Positions 1 to 13,755 of a stretch of 64,000 nucleotides of DNA are shown here, one piece after another. The stretch's first letter is position 1, and every line of letters starts with the position of its first letter. A program made the position numbers and the translations under genes. Under the pieces are notes generated by a model, which did not search any database, was not told the DNA's origin, and worked only from the letters and a program-made list of their open reading frames with translations. The stretch lies in NCBI RefSeq assembly GCF_006345805.1, contig NC_043006.1, forward strand, positions 14,260,001-14,324,000. The letters are read 5' to 3'. This DNA is from Octopus sinensis. Lineage: Eukaryota.

Positions 1-18
1 ATTGATGGTATTGATTGG

Positions 19-243
19 GGAGCTGGCAGAATCGTTAGCACGTTGGGTGAAATGCTTAGTGGTATTTCAGCTGCTGTTACGTTGTGAGTTCAAATTCCGC
101 CAAGGTCGACTTTGCCTTTCATCCTTTCGGGGTCGATAAATTAAGTACCAGTTACACACTGGGGTCGATGTAATCGACTTAATCCATTTGTCTGTCCTTG
201 TTTGTCCCCTCTATGTTTAGCCCCTTGTGGGTAATAAAGAAAT
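19..243 (+). mobile_element. tRNA-derived SINE family A, about 235 bp (other copies at about 6039, 9103, 14190, 24001, 24912, 30801, 31695)
   Basis: Recurring gagctggcagaatcgttagc..gagttcaaattcc (A/B-box-like)..aataaagaaata. Confidence 0.8.
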
Positions 244-2289
244 AGGTATTGATTGGGGATTAAGATGAATATTAAGATGCTAATTATAATGATGGTAACA
301 TATACTGTTAATCACCGAGGATGTATATTTTCATTTGTGAACTTCATACAAAATTACATTTTGTAAATTGTATTAAATTACACTAAGCTTGAAGCACTGA
401 TGATTGTTAGGAATGAAAAGCATTTCAGTTCAAGTGATGCCTTGTTGGTTGTAGACGGCCAGTCTCCAAAGTAGAACATATGCAAGTTCTGTTATATCTC
501 ATAAGTTCTGTCAAAGAGTATTGTTAGAAATCTTTCATATTTATTGTTTGAAAATGGAAAATAAATCCTGCTGAATGAGTGACACCATAACTGCAACCAT
601 TCTTGTAAACACCTTGAAAATATCCCAATAAAAGTCATTGCTTCAATGTTTTTCTCAAAATTTCTTATCTCAGTGAAAATTCTGTTTACCAAAATAACTT
701 AGTCTTGTATTTTTTTTTAAATCTTGGTATTGCTGTGGTTTTATTTATTATTGGTTGTTATATTAAAAACCATTTCAGTTCAAAATAAATCTTCCTTGGT
801 TTGAATATTTAAAACTTTGTTTGGCCAAAATATTCTGAAATAGAAATAAAACAGTAATTAAAAAAAATACAATCATTCAAATTTGATTAAGATTTCAAAA
901 TCTTTAAGTCTCATTAGAATTGCCAAGAACAGTCTTGAAGTTAATTAGTTTAATAACATGTTTTGTCTTTGGTCAGAAAGTGGTGTTTCTTATTTACTTC
1001 TATCTAGAAATCAAAGAAAATGACTACCATTCCCTTCAAACTTTGCTTTTATGAGTTGGACATCAATGTTTTGAAAGTGACCTATTTTGAAACTGACCTA
1101 TTTTCCATTACATTTCAGATACATTTTACTGAGATGCTGAAGCAGAAATATCATTATAGCAAATATTCTGCTCAGTATCACAGATTTGCTTGTCAGTTGC
1201 TTGACCTTAGCCACTTGAGCATGTCCTTAGTGACTGACAATATGTGCATCTCTGATCATGAGCAGGAGTTGTGAGGGAGCATCATAGCCATGTGTTGAGA
1301 GAGATTCTTTGAAGTTTGAATAAGTGTGACAAAAGCAAAGTTTGAAGGGAATATTGGCCATTTTTCATACTTTCTAAGAGAAAGCAAACAGGAAATAACA
1401 GTCACTACCTGAAGACAAAAATCGTGTTACACTGTGTAATTCTATAGTAATACTTGGTTTCCTAATTTTCAATTAGTCATCATCATCATCGTTTAACGTC
1501 TGCTTTCCATGCTAGCATGGGTTGGACGATTTTGACTGAGGGCTGGCAACCCAGATGGTTGCACCAGGCTCCAATCTTGATCTGGCAGAGTTTCTACAGC
1601 TGGATGCTCTTCCTAACGCCAACCACTCCGAGAGTGTAGTGGGTGCTTTTTACGTGCCACCGGCATGTGAGGGGGGGGCCAGTCAGGCGGTACTGGCAAT
1701 GACCTCACTCAAATCCTTTTACACATGTTACCAGCACAGGTGCCAGTAAGGCGACTTTGGTAACGATCACGCTCGAATGGTGCCCTTTTACATGCCACTG
1801 GCACGGAAGTGTTATGAAAATCATTTCATTTGTTAGCTTCGTTTGTTGAGTTCAAAAATAGCAAGCTTTATGTTTAGATCATTTTAACCTTTTTGACACC
1901 AGCCGGTCTGAGCAAAAAATTTACTTTGTGTTCTAAGATAAGTTAAAATGATAAATACTTTTGTTTCACTGTATCTCACTAATTCTACCTGAGGTTTATA
2001 TTAAGGAATACAACATCATCATCATCATCATTATCATCATTTAACGTCCGTTTTTCCATGCTGGCATGGGTTAGACGGTTTGGCTGAAACTGGTAAGCTA
2101 AAGAGCTGCACCAGGTTCCAATCTGATTTGGCATGGTTTCTACAGTTGGACACCTTTCCTAATGCCAATTACTCTAAGAGTGTAATGGGTGATTTTTGTG
2201 TGCCACTGGCATGTGTGCCGCTGGCATGTGTGCCACTGGCATGAGTGCCAGTTATGTGACACCGGCATCGGCCACAACTACAGTTTCAC

Positions 2290-3040
2290 TTGGCTTGACA
2301 GGTCTTCTCAAGCATGGCATATCATCAAAGGTCTCTGCCACTTGTCATTGCTTTCATAAGGCCCAACATTCAAAGATCATGCTTCACTACTCCATCCCAT
2401 GTCTTCCTGGGTCTACTTCTCCCACAGGTTCCCTCCAAAGAGATCGTCACTTTCTTACACAGCTGTCCTCATCCATACATATCACATGCCCATACTAATG
2501 CTGTTATCTCTCTTGCACACCACACCTGATGCCTCTTATGCCCAGCTTTTCTCTCAAGATGCTCACACAGTCGTACATGCACACTGACATTGCACATCCA
2601 GTGAAGCATACCAGCTTCATTTCTTTCAAGCTTATGCATGTCCTTAGCGGTCACAGCCCATGTTTTACTGCCATGTAGCATGGCTGTTTGCACACAGTCA
2701 TCATACAGTCTGCATTTCACTGAGGTTGAGGCCCTTTGTTACCTTGGATCGTAGGGTGACCCACTGTGCTTGGGAAGACCTATTGAGTCAAGTACATCAA
2801 CATCAACATCAAAATAAAAATCAAATAAAAATTGTAGTTATGATACCCATGCCAGTGGCACATAAAAAGCATCATCTGAACGTGGCTGATGCCAGTGCTG
2901 CCTGACTGTTACCAACAGAGGCAGGAGCTCTCTGAACTTCATCCAATCTATTCTTATTCTAGCAGCTACACTCTCAGAGCATCCACCTCCACAACTGACT
3001 TGGTCACCTAGGTAACTACTTCTTGCTTTACCCATTGGCA
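2290..3040 (-). mobile_element. RTE-like LINE 3' fragments (related pieces at about 8180-8400, 8750-9080, 46100-46400, 61570-61790)
   Basis: MLHGSKTWAVT..KLERNEAGMLHWMC, ARIRIDWMKFRELLPLL, QERRL.WYGH-like motifs. Confidence 0.7.
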
Positions 3041-3706
3041 TTGGATGGAGTCTAATTTCTGTATATTTTTAGTGTTTATTGCACCTGTGCACCATCTATA
3101 CACAAAAACTATTTTCCCTGTTAACCTTCCTCTGATATTGCTGCACCTTTTATGTGTCATAGCTTGCACCAGGTACATCTTAAGGAATTTCTACATACAC
3201 CTTTTCTACAGATCAAGCAGGCCCATCTACCTGAAGGGATTTGTGATTTGTTTGCTTTCCTACTTACTAAAACTTTGGTTTTTGCTAGATTAACTCAAAG
3301 GCCCTTTGATTCTAGACCTTATTGGTAACTTATACGTTGATTAAATGAATAAGTTGATTAGACAATTGGATAAATTGGCACATCACTTCTAGCAAAGTAA
3401 ATGACCATATAGTGCAGTGTTACTCAAGGTGGTCTGTGATTATATTTCAGTCAAGTGTGGTTTACTTCAGAATGGGACATAAACAGATAACATGTGAGTA
3501 AAACTTGAAAAATTTTTAATACTACTTTGACTAAAGGCACAGGAGTGGCTGTGTGGTAAGAAGTTTGCTTTCGAACCACATGGTTCCGGGTTCAGTCCTA
3601 CTGTGTGACACCTTGGGCAAGTGTTTTCTACTGTAGTCTTGAGCCGACCAAAGCTTTGTTAGTGGATTTGGTAAATGGAAACTGAAAGACGTCCATTATA
3701 TGTATA

Positions 3707-4783
3707 TTGGGTTATCCCATAAATAATGCAATTTTTTCAATTGCATGAACTAAAAGTCGGAGAAGGACATGATAAACTACTTGCATTGACTTGCTATAAA
3801 AGCAGGTAGTAATTTTACTTTGTACTTATTCTTACTGCTAGTTTTGAAGAGTGCAGTTCGATTTTAACAGGTATTTTTTCAAAGCTACTATAGAAGTGAC
3901 AGAGGAGCATATTCAGCGTATTTTACTTTATGAGTTCAATAAAGGTAACAACGCAACGCAAAATGTGAGGAATGTTAATGCAGTCTATGGGGATCAAACA
4001 ATAAGCACGAGCCAGTGTCAACAGTGGTTCCAGAAATTCTGAGCTGGAAACTACAGCCTTGAAGACAAGCCTTGTCCTGGAAGATCTGTAGTGCTCGACA
4101 AGGATGTCCTGCAAACCCTAGTGGAACATAATCCCACTGGTGCGGAGAAATGGATTCTCTATAAAAATGTCAAACCCTGAAGATAGTGAGTAAAAAAAGG
4201 AGAAACACCAGCACCCCAGGCTAAAGGTCTTCACCCAAGTAAGGTGTTGTTATCTGTTTGGTGGGATATGGAAGGTTTAGTCCACTTTGGACTTTTAAAC
4301 CCAAATCAAACAATAACAAAGGAGATCTACTGCAAGCAGCTTGAGCGGCTTAAGTCAGCGCCAGAAGAAAAATGACCATCTTTGGTTTCAAGATGAAAGG
4401 TGTTCTTCCATCAGGATAATACTCAGCCACTTACAGTGAGGATGACATTCCAAAGGCTGGAGCAGTTTGAATGGAAAATGTTGTCCCACCCACAATATTC
4501 TCTGGACGTTGCCCCATCTGTTTATCATTTATTCTGCAGTCTTCAAAATCATTTGGACAGAAAAAATAGGAATTCTGTAGATGAGGTCAGAACAGTACTG
4601 GAGGAGTATTTTTCACCATGGACAAGTGAATTTTGGAAGAGGAACTTTGCATCTCTACTGATAGATGGAAGCACATTGTAGAAAATGAGGAAGAGTATAT
4701 TTTAGATTAAACAAGAACTTTGTTTATCTTAATATTGAAAAATAAAACTATAAAAAAACTGCAATATTTATAGGATGACCCAA
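3707..4783 (+). mobile_element. Mariner (DD34D-type) DNA transposon with a decayed transposase
   Basis: TA-flanked TIRs ttgggttatcccataaataatgc and gcaatatttataggatgacccaa; fragments IQRILLYEFNKG..QQWFQKF, VLLSVWWD, FHQDN, HPQYSLDVAPS with stops and frameshifts. Confidence 0.9.
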
Positions 4784-4999
4784 TATATATGTATGTATTT
4801 GTGTTTGTTCCTCCTACCATCACTTGACAACTGATGTTAGCATGTTTACATTCCCATAATTTAGCAATTCGGCAAAAGAGACCGATAGAATAAGTACTAG
4901 GCTTACAAAGAATAAGACCTGGGGTCGATTTGTTCAACTTAAGGTGGTGCTCCAGTATGACCGCAGTCAAATGACTGAAACAAGTAAAAGAAATAAAAG

Positions 5000-5034
<35 letters not shown>

Positions 5035-5272
5035 CATCCGAACGTGGCCGATGCCAGACCCCTCTGGCACCTGTGCAGGTGGCACGTAAAAAGCACCCAC
5101 TACACTCGCGGACTGGTTGGCGTTAGGAAGGGCATCCAGCTGTAGAAACACTGCCAGATCAGACTGGAGCCTGGGGCAGCCCCTGGCTTCCCAGACCCCG
5201 GTCGAACCGTCCAACCCGTGCTAGTACGGAAAATGGACATTAAACGATGATGATGATGATGATGATGATATA

Positions 5273-5643
5273 TCTCTCTATATATAAACGGCAGTTTGTC
5301 TGTGTGTGTTTCTGTGTGTCTGTTAGGTTGTACCCTCACCCTGACCACGGCTTTCAACCGATTCTGATGAAACTTGACACACACATAGCCCAATGTCATA
5401 ATTCAAAACTAACGTAGCGAAAATTTTGAAAAGTTCCCCCAGTTCTGAAAAAAATCGATAAATTCGACATGGGGTCGAGAATCAGAAACACAAACCACAG
5501 ACTGTCTAGGGGACGCAACTCGACCTTTTTAACTAAAAAAAAAATTTACCATAATTTTTTTTCCAGTTTTTGGCTATAACTCTCTAAAAATGCTTTATAG
5601 TTATTCCCTTACAAACCCGAGCAACGCCGGGCGATACTGCTAG
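5273..5643 (+). mobile_element. Non-autonomous Helitron
   Basis: A|TC 5' end followed by tatataaa; 3' hairpin CCCGAGCAACGCCGGG, then CTAG|T at 5640-5644; no TSD. Confidence 0.85.
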
Positions 5644-6265
5644 TATATATATATATATATATACTATATTAAATCTCTGTGTGAGATATAAACAGTAGCA
5701 ATACATATACATATACATATAATTGCCAACCAAGTGTGGTGTCCTATACAGGACAGTGCTACTGACGTTTGTAGCCCCAGAAAGACATCTCTTCCAGCTG
5801 GCTAACAACACACATTCTGTGTCCGATAAGTATTTGCAAGGGGTGGTCATTGATTCCATCTCTACCCTTACATGATACACACAGACTTGAGTTTCTTGGT
5901 GGTTACTTGTCCTTAGCGTGTGTTAATCACCAGCTACTGATGATAACTCATTCCACTCGCAAAATACTATATGCTTTTTCCAGTGACAAACTGTCGCTCA
6001 TCTCGAGAAAGGAGAAATAATCTATATTAAATCTCAGTGGCGAGCTGGCAGAATCGTTAGCGCGCCGGGCGAAATGCTCAGCAGTGTTTCGTCTGTCGCT
6101 ACGTTCTGAGTTCAAATTCCGCCGAGGTCGACTTTGCCTTTCATCCTTTCGGGGTCGATAAATAAAGTACCAGTTACGCACTGGGGTCGATGTAGTTGAC
6201 TTAATCCCTTTGTTTGTCTCCTCTGTGTTTAGCCCCTTGTGAGCAATAAAGAAATATATATTAAA

Positions 6266-6713
6266 TCTCTGAGCAAGTTATAAACTGTAGCAATACAGAG
6301 TCATCTATAGTATAAATTGGACATGGGCGATCGTTGTATTCTTTCTTGTCTTGAGGTTCACAATCAAACGGCTGGGTGGATTTGCGTGAAAAATGGCACA
6401 CATGTGGGGACGGGTGCATAGATTGAAATGCGGTTTGTAGTTTTTCCCTAACCCCCATACTTACCAAGAAAATCGATTAAATCTTTTTCTAATGGAATTT
6501 CCCTCTTTCTTCTGCCATTAAAACAACCAGTTGCTTAGAAGCTGTTTTCTGACGGGGTGGGGTCAGGAAATGTTCATACAGCTGGAGGCTCCAATCGAAA
6601 CAGGGGACACAAAATGATATGGTTGAGAAATGTTGTTATAGATTATGTCTAACTGAAAATGAACACAGCCACATTATTCCAACAGACCGGGTGAAACCGG
6701 GCTTAGCTGCTAG
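6266..6713 (+). mobile_element. Non-autonomous Helitron, followed by a partial tandem copy at about 6717-6945
   Basis: A|TC start; 3' hairpin-like ccgggtgaaaccggg then CTAG|T at 6710-6714; internal segment repeated immediately downstream. Confidence 0.65.
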
Positions 6714-8719
6714 TATATAATATAAATTGGACATGAGTGATTGTTGCATTCTTTCTTGTCTTGAGGTTCACAGCCAAGCGGCTGGGTGAATTCATGTGAT
6801 GAATGGCACACATGTGGAGACAGGTACATAGATTGGAATGCGGTTTGGATTTTTTTCATAGCCCCCATAATTACCGAGAAAATCGATTAGAACTTTTTCC
6901 AATGGAATTCCCCTGTTTGTTCCACCATTAAAACAACTACTTGCTCACACAGCCGGCATATACCATTTCAATAGCAACAAGGGGAGTACAGGATGACAGA
7001 ATAAGCCAACCTCTTGATCTTTCTCAAAGCATTCATCAACCAAAGCTGATTAGAGAGGAGAAATCCTCTATACGATGAATATAAATACACAACCAGAAGC
7101 CAGCTCCTCGTCTTTGGCCACACAGTGTCCAGCCATGAAGCACAACTCTCTCAGTATTCTGATCAATGTACAAGAGTAGATCTATCACCCTCTCTTCTTC
7201 CCTAGATTTCATTACTTTCTCTCTCTTTAGTAGTAGTAATTCACAGATGAAGCTGACACATGCAATGAAGAATAGACCTAAAGATAATTCGTTTGCAATA
7301 ACAAACAACTATAAGAAGTTATCTTCAACACTGTAAGGATCAATACAAGGCTATAAATAAGTGGCCATTTTTAATAAGCAATCAATATTGTTTTTCACTC
7401 ATTCATTTCTCCAATGCATCATCACATCTGGATTCTTCATGATATATATTTATATATATATATGCCATTATGCTTAGAAGCAATGCACTTTACCAAATTT
7501 TTTAGACTCAGGTTCAGTAGAAGAAACCACTCCAAATCCTTTTTAGAATATCTGTGCAAAAAATAGGACTGGTTTGCTTGTGGCATGGAGTTGTATAATA
7601 TATAATAATAAAGTAAAACCAAATATTCTTTTCTTTTCTTTTCTATTCTGCTCTAGGCACAAGGTCCGAAATTTTGGGGGAGGGGGCCAGTTGATTAGAT
7701 CAACCTCAGTACACAAATGGTACTTAATTTATCGACCCCGAAAGGATGAAAGGTAAAGTCGACCTCAGAAGAATTTGAATTCAGAACATAAAGACAGATG
7801 AAATACCGCTAAGCATTTCGCCTGCCATGCTAACATTTATGTGTTTATGTCCCCATCACTTAGCGGTTCGGCAAAAGAGACTGATAGAATAAGTACTGGG
7901 CTTACAGAGAATAAGTCCCGGGTCGAGTTGCTCGATTAAAGGCGGTGCTCCAGCATGGCCGCAGTCAAATGACTGAAACAAGTAAAAGAGTATATTATAT
8001 ATACATCAGGCTTCTTTTAGTTTCCATTTACCAAATCCACTCATAAAGCTTTGATCTGCCCTGAAGTACAGTAGAATATACTTGCCCAAAGTGCCATGCA
8101 GTGAGAGTGAACCCAGAACCATGTGGTTAAGTAGCAAACTTCTTACCACACAGCCACATAATGACACCTGCACCTATATATACATACATGCTGTTACTTG
8201 ATGCATCTGATGTGTCTTTTCAAGCACAGCAAACTGCCTGGAGTCTTGGTCCCCTGTCATCTCCTCTGTGAGTCCCAACATCCGTAGATCCTTTCTCACC
8301 ACTTCATCCCACATCTACCTGGGTTTACACCCCTTCCACATGTTCCCTGTGCAATTAGAGATTGGCACTTCTTGATGCAACTCTCTTCATTCATACACAT
8401 TGAAATCAATGGAAATTGTAGTTGTGATACCAGTGCCGGTGGCACATAAAAGTACCATCTGAACGTGGCCGTTGCCAGCGCCGCCCTGACTGGCCTCCGT
8501 GCCGGTGGCACGTAAAAAGCACCAACCGATCATAGCCATTGCCAGCCTCGCCTGGCACGTAAAAAGCATCCACTACACTCACGGAGTGGTTGGCATTAGG
8601 AAGGGCATCCAGCTGTAAAAACACTGCTAGATCAGACTAGAGCCTGGTGCAGCCTCCTGGTTTCCCAGACCCCAGTCGAACCATCCAACCCATGCTAGCA
8701 TGGAAAGCAGATGTTAAAC

Positions 8720-8753
<34 letters not shown>

Positions 8754-9381
8754 ACATGCCCATACCATTGCAGTCCTCTCTTGCACACTACATTTAATGC
8801 CTTGTAGACCCAATTTTTCTCTCAAATCATTTACACCCTGTCATATGTGTACACTGACACTGCCCATCCAGCGGAGCAGACTGGCTTCATTTCTTTCCAA
8901 ACTTTGCATATCCTGAATAGCCACAGCCCATGTCTCACTGCCATGGGCATCATACAACCTGCCTTTGACTCTAAGGAAGAAGTCCTTTGTTACTAACAGA
9001 GGTAGTAGCTCTCTGAACTTCCTGTAACCTATTCTTATTCTAGCAGCTATGCTTTCAGAACAACTTCCCCCACTAGTAACTTGGTCACCTAAGTAACAGA
9101 ACCTGGGTGAAATGCTTAGCGGTATTTCGTCTGCCGTTACGGTCTGAGTTCAAATTCTGCCAAGGTCGACTTTGCCTTTCATCCTTTCGGCGTTGATAAA
9201 TTAAGTACCAGTTACACACTGGGGTCGATGTCATCGACTTAATCCCTTTGTCTGTCTTTGTTTGTCCCCTCAATGTTTAGCCCCTTGTGAGCAATAAAGA
9301 AATAAGAACCTGTCTACTACTTCTAAGGATCCCTCCTAACATTTGAGGGAGTCTATTTTTTTTTTGTACATTTCTGATGTT

Positions 9382-9416
<35 letters not shown>

Positions 9417-9639
9417 GGGCTTCTTTCAATTTTTGTCTACCGTATCCATTCACAAGTTGTTTTTTTTTATCAAACCAGAGCTATATTAGAAAGCACTTGC
9501 CCATGTTGCCATGCAATGAAACTAAACCCAAATCCATGAGGTTGAAAAATGAACTTCTAAACCACACAGCCATGCCTGTACCTTGATAATATATAATTCA
9601 TACATCATCATAGACATCAACTGAAGGTGTAAAACTTAC

Positions 9640-9664
9640 TTCACCATGGCTACCTTGTACAAAT
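9640..9664 (-). other. Candidate 25-nt start-codon exon (ATG GTG AA)
   Basis: ag|atttgtacaaggtagccATGGTGAA|gtaagt: gccATGG Kozak context and a consensus donor. Confidence 0.3.
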
Positions 9665-10813
9665 CTAAGATTTCATTGATAAAATGTTAAATGATAAATA
9701 GATCTCATTTCACTTATTTTTGGTTATTTTCAGCTGGAATTTTGAAGTGATTTTTTGATATTGTTAATTATATTTTTTAATAATTTTGTATTTATTAATA
9801 ATATTGTAGTTCCCAATTATTTTTGGTTTTGGTGGGGTTTTTTTTCTTAATTCCTAATTATATTTTGCAAGATATTTTCAATAATCTTTTACTTCTACCA
9901 TTCTTTGTGAACAAGTATGAACAATTCTCTTAATATTAAGGTGTGAATCAATAATTTCAGAATATAGAACTTAGATAATAATAAATATAAGAGAGTGGTC
10001 ACTATGTGGCTCACTCTAGCACTAGTAATAGATCCAATAGGTTTCAACCACAAAAATACATGTTTCCCATGAAAGTCAGTACGATTGTTAGCTCACACGA
10101 ACAGGGCAAATAAAAAATAACAAAAATACAGATTATTTTGGGACAATTGTTTTGCTATTAATGAATTAAATGTAATTTTACTCACAATAACTCACTTGTA
10201 GCTCCTCAGCCAAAACTATCTGGATGAAATCCACTCAATCACACGCCAGATTTTACCATAACGATAAATACACGTGTGGTTCAATTGATTACATCCGACG
10301 TTATAATTCAAATGCCCCTACCAACAGCGCGCCAAACTTTCACGGAAACAGATACTACATTTAGAAATAAATGCAGCATAATTATAATTAATTAATAAGG
10401 GTGAGAGAATTAGATACTAATTTAATAGTATACCTATTCAACACCAAGTGGCCCAGTGCCCCGAGAAACCTGGATTATATTCTTTCATTCTTGAAATGTC
10501 AGAGATAGATTAAGAATTGAAGTTACACAAAAAAAAGGACACAAAATAATAATAAAAATAATGATGATAATAAAACTAATAATAATAATAATGGTGGTGG
10601 TGGTGGTGATGATGATGATGATGACGACGACGATGACGATGACGACAACAACAACGATATACTCACACATACATATCTATCTATCTATCTAACTCCTCTC
10701 CCTCTCAGTCACTATATATATTTCTCATCATCATCATTAGCCAATGTCTACTTCCCATACTGGCATAGGTTGGACAACTACAGCCTCCAGACAACTTTCC
10801 CTGCAACTCTTGA

Positions 10814-10864
<51 letters not shown>

Positions 10865-10922
10865 GATTATTATTATTATTATTACTATTATGATTATTAG
10901 TATTATATATTTATTATTATGA

Positions 10923-10961
<39 letters not shown>

Positions 10962-10974
10962 ATAAGATATATAG

Positions 10975-11580
10975 GGTGTGATGAAAAAATCGTTGTCTAA
11001 ATTACACAAAAATGAAAATAACACTGACATTTCATTTCAACAGATATATTTCCAAAATTACATAAAAATATCTTGAAATACTAAAGAGTAAATATATCCA
11101 ATAAAATCGCCATTGGCTTTGACCACGGCCTCAAGATGACTTCAGAATCTCTTGCAACTCTTCTGGACAGTCTCCTTGTTTAAGTTGGTGAATGCTGCCA
11201 TAATCTTTGCCTTCAGTTCATCTTTGGTGTTACAAGGAGTTTTGTTGCTCTCTCACTTAACTGCACCCTACACATAATAATCAAGGGAGTTGCAGTCTGA
11301 GGAGTTAAGTAGTGAGATGTTAGGGGTGATGTAGTCACAGAAATTGTCTGACAGCCATGACTGGGTTCTTCTGCTTGTGTGGCACGGTGCAGAGTCCTGT
11401 TGCCAGACATAGGGTCTTCCAGCAACCACCCTCTTGGCCCAGGGCAGCACTACCTCCTCCAGGCACTTGATGTAGGCCCCTGTGTTGAGTCTGAGGCTGT
11501 GTGGCCACACCTAGAATACTGCTGCCCCCCTGTGGTCTCTCCACACAAAACAAAACATTTTGAGAATTGAATCACCCCAA
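10975..11580 (-). mobile_element. Tc1/mariner transposase 3' fragment, DD37D (maT)-like
   Basis: ORF 11268..11510: YIKCLEEVVLPW..YVWQQDSAPCHTSRRTQSWL..NSSDCNSLDYYV. Confidence 0.8.
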
Positions 11581-11589
11581 AGAGCATTC

Positions 11590-11900
11590 ACTAAAAGAAT
11601 TAAGGACATGACTGATCTCAATTATTCAGACTGTTTTAAAGCATTGAAACTCTATTCTCAAAACCATGTGCCATACATCCCCTACAAAATTCAGGATCAC
11701 AACGCATAAATACACTGCAACTTAATTCCTGTCCCTCAGTACGCCAACATGCCACACTGTCATCATTCTGACTAATCTTAGCAAATGTCCACGACAGCAA
11801 CGCCAGACACAATTCACTTCTGCACTCTTTTCAAGGCATTTCACACAAAATGCAATCCTGCAAGAAAACTTTTGCTGATATTATGGATTGAGAATACAAA
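11590..11900 (+). mobile_element. Highly decayed CR1/L2/Jockey-group LINE 3' fragment
   Basis: Hand translation RIKDMTDLNYSDCFKALKLYS resembles the L.Y..RL..L.LYS motif near the end of ORF2. Confidence 0.45.
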
Positions 11901-12479
11901 CACTCACTCACCACAGCTTATTCCACAGTTGCAGGATTTTCTCTTGCATTCATGTATATGCCCTTGCATGTTCATTCGCTGCCTCAGTTGTGCACCAACT
12001 GGCATATTCTGCATTCTTTATTCAACTGATATATATATAAGTGGTGTCGTTTATTTCAAATATTCTGGAGAAACATGTCTGGTCACGGAGAAATACTATT
12101 TTGCTTGTAAACAGGTGAGGGTTGGTAATAAGAAAGGCTTTTGACCATGGAAAAACTACCTCAATAAATGTCATCTGACCCATGCAAGCTTGGAAAAGTG
12201 AAAGTTAAAATGACAAAGATGATTATATTTGTGTGTGCATGTGTGTTTGTGTGTAAGTCGTCTAAGAGTCCATAAGTCAGGAAAAAATGCTCTCGTATAT
12301 CTGTCAAAAGAGTGGGTATATTATCCAAAATGTACAGTATTATATATCCATTATGACCAATCTTAACAATCGGTTTCGCGCAAGGGAATCATTGGAGTGT
12401 TAGGTAACAATCTGATTATGTAACCCTACACTCATCAGAGGTAGCTGTCATGGAATGAAGAATGGCAACTGCTCTGATA

Positions 12480-13755
12480 AGTGTAGAGTTACATAATTGG
12501 ATTGTTACTGTTTCTCACTCAGTCATTACAAAGCCAGTAACTTGAAATGCCACTATGAAACAAATCACAAAAGCTTTTTCTATGACTATCCAACTAAATC
12601 AGAATTAAGGAAAAACAAGTTAACTGTGTAAAAATCATCAATAAATAACCAGTGAGCATTGTTGACAACGTTCAGTAAGGAAGTTGATACGACTGAAGCC
12701 AGTTTTGTTATTTCGTGTAATATTGCTCGTGCTAAATGCCCATATTCTAATGGCAAATTTGTTTAAAAGAATATAGCTGAAGTTGTAGCAGTGTTAGATC
12801 CAAATAACACAAGATTTCAGTGACTAATAGCACAAACACCAGTTTCACGCCATACTACAGAGAGGCATACCTCTCTCAGATCAGTCCTGATGTTGCAGGT
12901 AAAATGCACAATGATTTTTAAAATTCTCTTGCATTCAGCTTAACCCTTGATGAATCGGCAGACATGGAATGGAAGCATTCCATTGGTTACGACGATGAGG
13001 GTTCCGGTTGATCTGAATCAACGGAACAGCCTGCTCGTGAAATTAACGTGTAAGTGGCTGAGCACTCCACAGACACGTGTACCCTTAACGTAGTTCTTGG
13101 GGATATTCAGCGTGACACAGAGAGTGACAAGGCCGGCCCTTTGAAATACAGGTACAACAGAAACAGGAAGTAAGAGTGAGAGAAAGTTGTGGTGAAAGAG
13201 TACAGCAGGGATCACCACCATCCCCTCCCGGAGCCTCGTGGAGCTTTCGGTGTTTTCGCTCAATAAACATTCACAACGCCTGGTCTGGGAATCGAAACCA
13301 CGATCCTATGACCGCGAGTCCGCTGCCCTAACCACTGAGCCATTGTGCCTCCTAGCAGACATACAAGACAACCCACAACTGGCAGTATTTATTCCTTATG
13401 TCTCTTCTGATGTAACTGTGATGGAAGAGATGTTGAACTTGGTGGCATTAAACAACTCATGATGTCGACATTAAAAATGCACTTGACAGAACCTTAACAA
13501 ATGCCGATGTTCCACAGAATAAACTCATCAGTGTTGCAACAAATGAAGCACCTGCAAAGGTGGGGAAAAAAATGTAGGATTAATTGCACTAATGAAAAAT
13601 GATCCCAGCTTTCCAGAGTTTCTCCCTGTTCGTTGCATTATCCAGCGTGAACACCTGATGGCCAGATACTTCAAGTATGAAGTTGTTATGAAATCTGTTC
13701 TTGAAATTGTCAATTTGATACGCTTAAATGGGAAGACTCACCAACAGTTCAGAGG
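12480..13755 (+). pseudogene. Decayed hAT transposase (SPIN/Charlie, GTF2IRD2-like), interrupted by a SINE at 12966-13354
   Basis: Fragments KASNLKCHYETNH, TEASFVIS..IA..K.PYSNG, FSLTLDESAD|IQDNPQLAVFI, RCIIQREHL..VMKSVLEIVNLIR; the SINE is flanked by the 8-bp duplication gcagacat (12958-12965, 13355-13362). Confidence 0.85.

Noticed and set aside
492-692. ORF with LQLWCHSFSRIY, faintly like a dynein heavy-chain motif
   Set aside because: The match is too short, there is an in-frame stop with no suitable donor, and no other dynein exons are present.
3225-3327. Plus-strand open exon-like segment (IKQAHLPEG..)
   Set aside because: No homology and no partner exons; compatible with chance.
5930-5975. 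CTGATGA motif in the repeat at 5.75-6.0 kb as a hammerhead
   Set aside because: No intact GAAA after a pairable stem II (it reads gcaaa) and no stem I or III.
7036-7308. 90-aa ORF
   Set aside because: An alternative frame shows an AGHC..EELAS remnant typical of a decayed RTE LINE.
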